From: Mobula hypostoma
Lineage: Eukaryota
Length of the DNA: 64,000 nt
Assembly: GCF_963921235.1 (NCBI RefSeq)
Contig: NC_086109.1
Span: 26,786,001-26,850,000 of the forward strand
Direction: 5' to 3'
The position numbers and the translations under genes are program-made. Under the pieces are notes generated by a model that was not told where the DNA came from, did not search any database, and was given only the letters and a program-made list of their open reading frames with translations. Numbering within the stretch: the stretch's first letter is position 1; every line of letters starts with the position of its first letter. Of this stretch, positions 38,277 through 49,506 are shown in pieces.

Positions 38277-41200
38277 CATAGAACATAGAATAGTACAGCA
38301 CATTACAGGCCCTTCGGCCCACAATGTTGTGCTGACCCGCAAATCCTGCCTCCCATATAACCTCCCACCTTAAATTCCTCCATATACCTGTCTAGTAGTC
38401 TCTTAAACTTCAGTAGTGTATCTGCATCTACCACTGACTCAGGCAGTGCATTCCACGCACCAACCACTCTCTGAGTGAAAAACCTTCCTCTAATATCCCC
38501 CTTGAACTTCCCACCCCTTACCTTAAAGCCATGTCCTCTTGTATTGAGCAGTGGTGCCCTGGGGAAGAGGCACTGGCTATCCACTCTATCTATTCCTCTT
38601 ATTATCTTGTAAACCTCTATCATGTCTCCTCTTATCCTCCTTCTCTCCAAAGAGTAAAGCCCTAGCTCCTTTAATCTCTGATCATAATGCATACTCTCTA
38701 AACCAGGCAGCATCCTGATAAATCTCCTCTGTACCCTTTCCAATGCTTCCACATCCCTCCTATACTGAGGCGACCAGAACTGGACACAGTACTCCAAGTG
38801 TGGCCTAACCAGAGTTTTATAGAGCTGCATCATTACATCGCGACTCTTAAACTCTATCCCTCAACTTATGAAAGCTAACACCCCATAAGCTTTCTTAACT
38901 ACCCAATCCACCTGTGAGGCAACCTTCAGGGATCTGTGGACATGTACCCCGAGATCCCTCTGCTCCTCCACCCTTATCAAGTATCCTGCCATTTACTTTG
39001 TACTCTGCCTTGGAGTTTGTCCTTCCAAAGTGTGCCACCTCACACTTCTCCGAGTTGAACTCCATCTGCCACTTCTCAGCCCACTTCTGCATCCTATCAA
39101 TGTCTCTCTGCAGTCTTCAACAATCCTCTACACTATCTACAACACCACCAACCTTTGTGTTGTCTGCAAACTTGCCAACCCACCCTTCTACCCCCACATC
39201 CAGGTCATTAATAAAAATCACGAAAAGTAGAGGTCCCAGAACAGATCCTTGTGGGACACCACTAGTCATCATCCTCCAATCCGAATGTACTCTCTCCACC
39301 ACAACCCTCTGCCTTCTGCAGGCAAGCCAATTCTGAATCCACCTGGCCAAACTTCCCTGGATCCCATGCCTTCTGACTTGCTGAATAAGCCTAACATGTG
39401 GAACCTTGTCAAATGCCTTACTAAAATCCATATAGATCACATCCACTGCACTACCCTCATCTATATGCCTGGTCACCTCCTCAAAGAACGCTATCAGGCT
39501 TGTTAGACACGATCTGCACTTCACAAAGCCATGCTAACTGTCCCTGATCAGACCATGATTCTCTAAGTGCCCAGAGATCCTATCTCTTAGAATCTTTTCC
39601 AACAGCTTTCCCACCACAGATGTAAGGCTCACTGGTCTATAATTACCCGGACTATCCCTACTACCTTTTTTGATCAAGGGGACAACATTTGCCTCCCTCT
39701 AATCGTCCGGTACCATTCCCGTGGACAACGAGGACATAAAGATCCTAGCCAGAGGCTCAGCAATCTCTTCCCTCACCTTGTGGAGCAGCCTGGGGAATAT
39801 TCCGTCAGGCCCTGGGGACTTATCCGTCCTAATGTATTTTAACAACTCCAACGCCTCCTCTCCCTTAATATCAACATGCTCCAGAACATCAACCTCACTC
39901 ATATTGTCCTCACCATCATCAAGTTTCCTCTCATTGGTGAATACCGAAGAGAAGTATTCATTGAGGACCTCGCTCACTTCCACAGCCTCCAGGCACATCT
40001 TCCCACCTTTATCTCTAATCGGTCCTACCTTCACTCCTGTCATCCTTTTGTTCTTCACATAATTGAAGAATGCCTTGGGGTTTTCCTTTATCCTACTCAC
40101 CAAGGCCTTCTCATGCCCCCTTCTTGCTCTTCTCAGCCCCTTCTTAAGTTCCTTTCTTGCTTGCCTATATTCCTCAATAGACCCATCTGATCCTTGCTTC
40201 CTAAACCTCAAGTATGCTGCCTTCTTCCACCTGACTAGATTTTCCATCTCACTTGTCACCCATGGTTCCTTCATCCTACCATTCTTTATCTTCCTCACCG
40301 GGACAAATTTATCCCTAATATCCTGCAAGAGATCTCTAAACATCGACCACATGTCCATAGTACATTTCACTGCAAAAACATCATCCCAATTCACACCCGC
40401 AAATTCTAGCCTTATAGCCTCATAATTTGCCCTTCCCCAATTAAAAATTTTCCTGTCCTCTCTGATTCGATCCTTTTCCATGATAATGCTAAAGGCCAGG
40501 GAGCGGTGGTCACTGTCCCCCATGTGCTCACCCACTGAGAGATCTGTGACTTCACCCGATTCATTACCTAGTACTAGATCTAGTATGGCATTCCCCCTAG
40601 TCGGCCTGTCCACATACTGTGACAGGAATCTGTCCTGGACACACTTAACAAACTCTGCCCCATCTAAACCATTGGAACGAATCAGGTTCCGATCAATATT
40701 AGGGAAGTTAAAGTCACCCATTATAACAACCCTGTTATTTTCACACCTTTCCAAAATCTGCCTCCCAATCTGCTCCTCTGTATCTTTGCTGCTACCAGGG
40801 GGCCTATAGAATACCCCCAATAGAGTAACTGCTCCCTTCCTGTTCCTGACTTCCACCCATACTGACTCAAAAGAGGATCCTGCTACATTACCCACCTTTT
40901 CTGTAGCTGTAAGAGTATCCCTGACCAGTAATGCCACCCCTCCTCCCCTTTTTCCCCCCTCTCTATCCCTTTTAAAGCACTGAAATCCAGGAATATTGAG
41001 AATCTATTCCTGCCCTGGTGCCAGCCAAGTCTCTGTAATGGCCATCATAATTCATAATTCCATATATGTATCCAAGCTCTCAGTTCATCACCTTTGTTCC
41101 TGATGCTTCTTGCATTGAGGTACACACACTTAAGCCCTTCTACCTTACCACCTTTACACCGTTTATTCTGCTTCTCGTTCCTCAAAGCCTCTCTGTATGT

Positions 41201-42050
41201 TAGATCTGACCTTACGCCATGCACTTCTTTCACTGCTCTATCGCTCTGGGTCCCATCCCCCTCGCAAATTAGTTTAAACCCTCCCGAACCATACTAGCAA
41301 ACCTACCTGCAAGGATATTGCTCCTCCTCGAGTTCAGGTGCAACCCATCCAATCTGTACAGGTCCCACCTTCCCCAGAAGAGATCCCAATGATCCAAAAA
41401 TCTAAAACCCTGCTCCCTGCACCAACTCCCCAGCCACGCATTCAACTGCCATCTCCTCCAATTCTTACCATCACTGTCACGTAGCACTGGCAGCCATCCT
41501 GAGAACGTCACTCTTGAGGTCCTGTTCTTAAGCCTTCTGCCTAGTTCCCGAAACTCACACTTCAGGACCTCATCCCTCTTCCTGTCTATGTCATTGGTCC
41601 CTACATGTATCACAACTTCTGGTTGCTTTCCCCCTCGTACCAGGATGTCATGCACCTGGTCAGAGACATCACGGACCCTGGCACCTGGGAGGCAGCAAAC
41701 CATGCGGGTGTCCTTTTCACGTTCACAAAATCTCCTGTCTGCTTCCCTAACTATAGAGTCTCCAATGATGACAGCTCTCCTCTTCTCCATCCCACCCTTC
41801 TGCACCACCAGGTCAGACTCAGTGCAGGAGGCCCTGCCACCGTGGCTCACACCTGGTCGGTCGTCCCTGCCAATAGTATCCAGGACGGTAAACTTATTAT
41901 TCAGGGGAATGGCTGCAGGGGTGCTCTGCACTACCTGTCCGCGCACCTTCGCTTTCCTCCCTCTGACTGTCACCCAACGACCTGCTTCCGACAGCCTAGG
42001 TGTGACTACCTCCCTGTAGCTCTCATCTATGACTGCCTCATTCTTCCTTA
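38277..42050 (-). mobile_element. Near full-length CR1 LINE: ORF1 SGNH esterase + ORF2 APE endonuclease/RT
   Basis: ORF1 41269-41973 has IIGDSIVR, CLPGARV, IHVGTND and DGLHLN. ORF2 pieces include [56 protein letters not shown] and RPHLEYCVQFW. Tail (ttctatg)n at 38277. Confidence 0.95.
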
Positions 42051-42434
42051 TTATAGAACATAGCTAAGACCTTTCAACCCACCATTTCTGTGTCAACCAT
42101 CTGAAGCCTAGCTATACTAATCCTGTTTATTATGTGTTGAAGCAATTTATATTGTTGTGTTGTGTGCTGACAAATAGATTTGATATACAGTTTAGTTAAT
42201 TTATTTTTCATATTCTTCTTCTTAAGAGAAATAGCTTTAGTTCTCAAGGTAGGTCAGCACATAAACATCACTTTTAGGAAAGTGAAAAAAAAATCTCTGG
42301 ATAAATGTTGTACGTTCATTGAAAGCTACAACGGAAAATTTTACATGTAAAGCAGTGATAGTTGATGTTCTCGTATCATTTAAACTCTGAGCTAAGATTG
42401 TCAAGTTTACTATTTTGCACAAGTACAGTGAGAT

Positions 42435-44480
42435 TCATAGAGTCATAGAACTCTACAGCACAAAATCAGGGTCTTTAGTCCATCTAGTCTGTGCTGACCC
42501 AGTAATCTGCCTAGTCCCATCGTCAAGCATCCAGACCATAACCCTCCAATCCATGTGTCTATCCAAATTCTTCTTAAACTGTCGAAATCGACTCCGCATC
42601 CACCTCTTGTGCAGGCAATTTTCATCACCCTCAAAGTGAAGATGTAAATGTTCCCCCTTATGTTCCTCTTTCACCCTTAACCCATGACCTCTAGCTGTAG
42701 TCTCGTGCAATCTCAACGAATAAAGCCTGTTTGCATTTACCCTGTCAAATTTCAAAGTACATTTGTTATTAAAGTATGAACAGTATACAGTGCTGAGATT
42801 CTTCTTACAGGCAGCCACAAAACAAAGAAACACCATAGAACGCATTTTAAGAAAAAAGATCACACAACAAGCTCATGAAATGAGGAAAAAGTAAACAAAT
42901 AACACACAAAATATCAAACTGCAGGGTCCACAAAAGAGAGTCCATACCCATGAGCCACCGAGGCAAGTGAAGCCAGTACAGGAGCTGATGGCCATGGCAA
43001 CAGCCACCAAATCGGTCAGTTTAGCACCGTTTCGATGGTTGCACACCACAGCCACAGGTCCAGTTCCATGCCTAAGTGCCTCGATCTAATTGTGCAAATA
43101 GTACAGCACTTTCAACACTGAGGACGTTAAACATCAAACAACAGGCTAAAGTAAGTCCACAGTCCTGAGCCACTGAGGCGATCAAAACTTGCACGTGAGA
43201 CCCAAGACGCCTGCACAATCCATCCACAGCAGCAAGAAAGACAGCATTCATGTGCAGGCAGTTGGCACTGAACACCTGTTCCGTTTCCGCTCTTGTCATT
43301 TTTCAGCCCATTTTTCCTGCTGGTCCAGATCCCACTACAAGCTTAGGTAGTCTACCTTGCTGTCCACTGCACCCCCAATCTTTGGCATCACCTACAAATT
43401 TGCTGATCCAGTTCACCACATTTTCATCCAGTTTGTTGATAAAGATGACAAACAACAGATTCAGCATCGATCCCTGCAGCATTCCACCAGTCACAGGCCT
43501 CCAATCAGAAAAACGATCATCTACACCCACTCTCTGGCTTTTTCCGTGAAGCCAGTTTTTAAACCAATTTACCACCTCATCTTGAATGCCAAGCTATTGA
43601 AACTTTTGACCAGCCTCTCATAGAACATAGAAAACCTACAGCACAATACAGGCCCTTCGGCTCACAATGTTGTGCCGAACATGTACTTACTTTAGAAATT
43701 AGCTAGGCTTACCCATAGCCCTCTATTTTTCTAAGCTCCATGAGTCTCTTAACAGACCCTATTGTATCTGCCTCCACCACCGTCGCCGGCTGCCAATTCC
43801 ACACACTCCCTGCTCTCCACCTAAAAAACTTACCCTGACATCTCCTCTATGCCAACTTCTAAGCACCTTAAAATTGTGTCCTCTTGTGTTAGCCATTTCT
43901 GCCTTGGGAAAAAGCCACTGACTATCCACATGATCAATGCCTCTAATCATCTTCTAAACTCTGTCAGACCACCTCTCATCCTCCGTCGCTCCAAGGAGAA
44001 AAGGCCAAGTTCATTTAACCTATTCTCATAAGGCATGCTCCCTAATCCAGGTAACATCCTTGTAAATCTTCTCTGCGTCCTTTCTATAGTTTCCACATCC
44101 TTCCTGTAGTGACGTGACCAGAAATGAACACAGTACTCCAAGTGGGGTCTGACCAGGGTCCTATATAGCTGTAACATTACCTCTTGGCTCTTAAACTCAG
44201 TCCCACAGTTGATAACCTGCGCAGAAGCTTTGAGTGTCCTATGGACTCAGACCCCAAGATCCCTCTGATCCTCCACACTGCCAAGAGTCTTACCATTAAT
44301 ACTATATTCTGCCATCATATTTGACCTACCAATATGAGCCACCTCACACTATCTGGGTTGAACTCTACCTGCAACATCTCATGCAGGACGTTGTCAAAGG
44401 CCTTGCTAAAGTCCATGTAGACAATGTCCACTGCCTTGCCTTTATCAACTTTCCTGGTAACTTCTTCAAAAAACCTTGTA
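42435..44480 (-). mobile_element. Cluster of nested CR1 fragments (younger CR1 3' half at ~43619-44370 inside an older copy), plus a Rex-like tail at ~42746-42900
   Basis: ORFs 43303-43575, 43947-44177 and 44315-44518 are CR1 RT pieces in non-colinear order, separated by a second catagaacatagaa tail. Confidence 0.8.
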
Positions 44481-44852
44481 CAGCTGCAAAGAAAAACTTG
44501 TAGCGACATCACAGGCACGTTAAGATAGACAACACACAGAATATGAACTATTGATAAATTTTATGACAATGGAGAGAAACAAAAGGCAAAACAAGATATT
44601 GGTGTTTTAAAAAAAGACACAATCAAAGACTCCTCGCCATTAGCAAGGCAAAAGCCACTCACTTTCAACATGTTAAGTATATTTAATTAGCTTATTTGAT
44701 TTGTTGATTTTGTTGGCCCAAAGGGACGCATTCTCTTTTGTTCTTTTATTAATGCAAGAGAAATAGCCTCACTTGCACCAAGCCCATTAGTTAGATGTTT
44801 ATCCATGCATTTTAAACCACCTTGAAATAACACAGCTGCTGAAAATTCAATA

Positions 44853-45676
44853 CAATGGATTTCACTTAACTGGAACACATCGGGACCAGTACATTTTGGC
44901 CCAATTATTCAAAGTTTCATGGAAAAATTTAAAAAGTTATAAAAAAGACAAACTACCATTTAACTGAGTGAAAAATTATGTATTTAAATGAAATACAGAA
45001 TAAATTAGAACATTACCAATACTACTACAATACAATAAAACTTCATTAGTTCCTAATAGTTTTCAGAGGAAGAACTCAGTGTATGCTGCTGTGTTCTTCT
45101 GATTGACTGTAAATGAACAAAATCTGCACAGACACCTAATGCAGATAAAGGACTGTCGTCATGGAATGCTTTTGCCAATTGCTTCCTCTGAATCTTCATT
45201 TTCATTGTAACTTTCAAGATTTTTGTCAATACCTTCAAATTTTTCATAGTGCCTAACTTGTTGAAGTAATGAAATTGTTTCCTTTTCACTCCTGGTTGTT
45301 TCTGGCATCTCCGAGCCTTAATGCTTGAAACCGCAGTGAGTAAAACAGGTCAGATTAGCCTTACTCTTTATTTCTCACCAACTATCAGTGACAAAAAAAA
45401 TCACTACTCTCTGAACACAAACACACGCAACTGACACTATTTATAATCTGTTCAGAATAAGCACAGTGTAGTGTCTTAATGGCCGCACAATTGCATATCA
45501 CCGATGTTAGTTAGAAACTGTTCAGCAAAAGTCTCCTGTCCCAGTTTAGCGGCATAGTGTTCCAAATTCATGAAGGGAATCTGGCTATTTTCTCAATTAG
45601 CTTTTGTTCTTTAAAAGTTGTCCCAAATAAGCTGCTGCTCTTATTAATTGATGGCCAAATTAACCGGAATCCACTG
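44853..45676 (-). mobile_element. Non-autonomous Tigger/pogo-like DNA transposon, copy 2 (inverted relative to copy 1)
   Basis: TA|caatggatttcacttaactgg ... ccaaattaaccggaatccactg|TA, giving TIRs plus a TA duplication. Internal sequence is the reverse complement of 4537-5340. Confidence 0.78.
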
Positions 45677-46293
45677 TACTTCAAGAGTGTCTGTAGAATA
45701 ACGTATCATTTGCAATAAATTAAGAACAAAATAGGAAATATTTTTTACTTCATTGTGCTGAAAGTGATGTACTACACTGTGGCAAAAGCTGTTAAGGTAT
45801 GGGCTTATTCTCTTAATTTTGTGTGTAGTGAATTCCTAAATTTTAGATGCTGAAGAGAGAGAAAATTAAATGTATGTGGAACAAAGACCACACTGTTGGA
45901 ATGGACTATGTCACAGGATTGTCAGCTCACCTACCCAACACATTGGTGCAGCCAGGTTGCCAAAATGAACAAGATAAGCTAAATAAATAAATGATGCATG
46001 CCAAGATTCTCTCCCTTTACACTTGAATGAAAATGATGTTTTAGGAAATGTAACATGACATTTTTATTGAAACTGAACATCTTGTCACTTAATCTGAAAT
46101 ATGGTTTACAGTTTTGCGAAGCGAATGGAAGAACTCTGCAAATGGGCAAACAAATTGTAGCAATTAGAAATTCATCCCAAAAGGCATTGCTGTGATTGAT
46201 TACAATATTCAAACCCTATTATTATTATTCAAGAAAATCTCATCCGATAATTTGACAACAAATTACAAAATATGCTTGTTCTTTTTTCAACAG

Positions 46294-46451
46294 CCATACA
46301 TTGGGAAGTCTGGTGTTCCTCAAGGTCCGTCTGAACAGAAGGTTGCCGTAGTTACTGTTGATGACTGTGATACTTCAGTTGCATTGCGTTTTGGCAGGTT
46401 TATTGGAAACTATTCCTGTTCTGCTCAAGGAACTCAGTCAGGATCAAAAAA
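46294..46451 (+). CDS. CELSR2: CELSR2 internal exon, LamG, 158 nt
   Basis: Acceptor cttttttcaacag, donor aa|gtaagt. Encodes PYIGKSGVPQGPSEQKVAVVTVDDCDTSVALRFGRFIGNYSCSAQGTQSGSK(K). QGPSEQKVAVVTVD and VALRFG match CELSR2 as I recall it better than CELSR1. Confidence 0.93.
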
Positions 46452-46639
46452 GTAAGTTCTAAATTAAAAGAATGATCCTTAAAGAATTCTCCACTTTGTT
46501 TTTATAGATCATGGTGATTTCCTCAATGATATTTTCAACTGTTATTGCTCAGTGATCAGCCCATCTGTGCAAAAAGTTCCAGCAGTAGCCAAATGCAACA
46601 TTTACCGTCACCAATGGAGAAATAACAAGAATCATGAAG

Positions 46640-48240
46640 TTTTGCAGAAATAGAGACTTAACACTTCTCTGTGTGCATGACAGTCATCAAGTACAGATCT
46701 GAACCAATCCTATTTTCCATCACTTGAAGATTGGCCACTGTGCCAATCTTAAATATTGTTTGAAAAGTTATGAGAGTGCCTTACTTTATCAGTGTTCTCA
46801 CATACGAGCCACCTTCTGTCTGAACAATTATTCCTCATAGTTACTCTGAATCTGCTACTCCTTACTTTAAACCTATGCCCTCTGATTATAGAAACCTATG
46901 CAATGCAGTGCCGTTCATAATTTAGTTTACATCACTTAGGGTTTCCCTTCAGCCTTCTCAGTTCCAAGAAAATGAAGTTCATCTATGTAATGTCTTCTCA
47001 AAATTGAAGCACTGCATCCAAAGAAACATAGTGGCTAATCTCCTCCGCATGCTCCTTCTTCATTTTAATCAGATTCATCTTATAGTGTGGCAACCAGTAC
47101 TGCATACAGGAGTCCAGATGTAGCCTGTGTAACGTTTCCTAGCCATATATCCTATACCCTGGCCAATGAAGGCATGTGTTTTTATGTCTTTTTAACCAAC
47201 CTATGTTACTGCTTTCAAGGATACGTGGACATAGATTCCAAGGCCCCTTTGTTCCTCAATACTTCTTAGGATCTGACTATTCATTATATACAGTTGAGAC
47301 CTACTATTCCTCCTAAAGTTCCTCTCCCCACAGTTTTTCTGGATTACATTCCGTTACATTCTCTTCCAATCTTACCAACTCTTCAATGTCATTCTATAGC
47401 CAAATCTGTCCCCTTGATTATCAATGATACCACAAATCTTCACATCAGTTGTGAACTTAGTAATAATATTTTCTACATTCAGATTGATAATAGATAAAAC
47501 AAACAGCAATAGTCACTAAGGTATACCACTAGACACAAGTTGCTGATTGTAAAAATTGACTCTTAACCAACACTTTCTTCCTCCTTGTACCAAGCCAGAA
47601 TCAAATCTAATTTGCCAAATTGTCTTGGGTGTTATGGGCTCTTAATGTTTGGAACTCACCACCACATGCTTTAATTTCATGTAGACTACACCATCCACAC
47701 TGCTTTCATTGACAGATTTAGTTATATCTTTGAAAAATTGAATCAAAATAATCAAATAGATTCCTTTCTTAACAAAAGAAAAAAGGTTTACTGACTCCAT
47801 GGGTCAGGTAGCATCAGTGGAAGCAAAAGGAATGTCAACATTTTGGTTCAGCTTCTGAAGTCGTATTTGTCTTCCCCTAATAAAGCTATCCTTTCCTTGA
47901 TTTATTCATGCTTGTCCAATTCCAATTTACCCTGTCCCTCAGAATTATTACCTAATGTTTCCCTTCCACAGATGCTAGACTAAGAAGCTGATAATTACTG
48001 GGTTAACCCTGCTGGCCTTCTTGAGTAAAATACCAAATTTGCTGTTATCCAGTCATCTACTGCCTCTTCCATGACAACGATTTAAAAATATCTGTCAGAG
48101 CCCCAGCAAACTCTTCTATTATTCCCAAAATAGGCTAGGTTATATCTTATTAGACTGTGGGGTTTTATTAACCTTTAAGCCTCTTATGACTTCCAATATA
48201 TTTTTCCTTTGATGTAGAACTGTTTCAAAATTCTTCACAG
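46640..48240 (-). mobile_element. Old decayed CR1 LINE
   Basis: Nucleotide resemblance to minus-strand CR1 RT segments (gtgtggcaaccagtactgcatacag; taccactagacaca; gtcagagccccagcaaactc). Confidence 0.55.
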
Positions 48241-49423
48241 AGGCTGCAAGGCAAACAGATTGAAAACCAAACAGGAAAGGTGGGGGCAGGGTTTGCATAA
48301 AGAGTTTGATTTAAATAAAAAGGAAGGCTTTCTGGAATACTTTTTAAGGTGCACAAACTGTTGTGTATTTAATATTCCAGTGATATTCAAGTAATACTAT
48401 AAATATATTGTATTTGTTGTTTAAATAATTCATTACGGGTTAAATGTAAGAGTACATGAATGGCATACATAATCACACCACTATGTCATACATATGTGCT
48501 TCACTTAAAGGAAAAATGAAGTTAGGTTCACATCCCCTGTGAAAGAGTTACAAAACATAACATGCGGTATTTTTTTAATCAACAAGGTATTTTTAAAATA
48601 AGCTCAAGATGATTACCTACCTGTTGAGGTGCGCTGAGCCATTCAAGTTAAAAAAAAAAGCGCAGCAAGAAACTGTTGAGATAAAAAAAAAACACAGCAC
48701 ATGACGGGTGAGGTTGAGTTTTTTAAAAAATAGACTGAAAACAGGCAAATTCACAGGTTCATAAACAATGAGTATGGTTTTGCTTGAAAGTTGGACTGCT
48801 CCAACCAAACCAGTTGAAATGAGCGTTGCTGATATCGTGAAGGTAATGCAGGAAAATTTAGAACGGAAATCATGGTTGATTGTAGAATACTTTGGGTTTC
48901 AAAAGTGAAATCAAAAGAAAGGAGAGTCCTTATCAGCGTACATGGCTGAATTGGAGAGATTGTCTGAACATTGTCAGTTCAGTGAAAGGCTTAATGATGT
49001 ACTGAGAGATCACTGAGTTTGTGGAATCTTACAAGAAAGCATTCAAAAACGGCTCAAAGCTGAAACATAACCTACATTTAAATGAGCAGTTGAAATAGCT
49101 GCATCAATGAAAACAGCAGACAGAGACACGACTGAGTTGCAGTCAGGAATGAAAGTGAGCATGAATAAAATTGACACATCTAGACAGAAACTGGACTGGC
49201 CGAACAAATTGTGTTACATGTGTGACAGGGGCTAACATACACCAAACCAATGCAGGTTTAAGGGTGGAACTTGCAAAAAATGCAACAAAGTAGGACACAT
49301 ACAAAGAACATGTCAGGCAAACAAAAGGAAGGAGAAGAGATAAAGATAAAAAGTCAAGTTATAGTTTCAGAAAGAGCACTAATCTGCATGATGCTGTTGA
49401 AAAATCTTATAATGATGAGATTG

Positions 49424-49477
49424 ACACACAGCTGAGTAGCTTTGAGATTTACACACAGCTGAGTAGCTTTGAGATTT
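49424..49477 (+). repeat. 27-bp perfect tandem duplication
   Basis: acacacagctgagtagctttgagattt occurs twice in tandem. Confidence 0.9.
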
Positions 49478-49506
49478 ACAATGTGAAAACTACCAATAGA
49501 CAAGCA

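Noticed and set aside
46309..46329. SGVPQG in the exon resembles the CR1 RT motif [11 protein letters not shown]
   Set aside because: Coincidence. The context is CELSR LamG (GPSEQKVAVVTVD), with proper splice sites and frame continuity.
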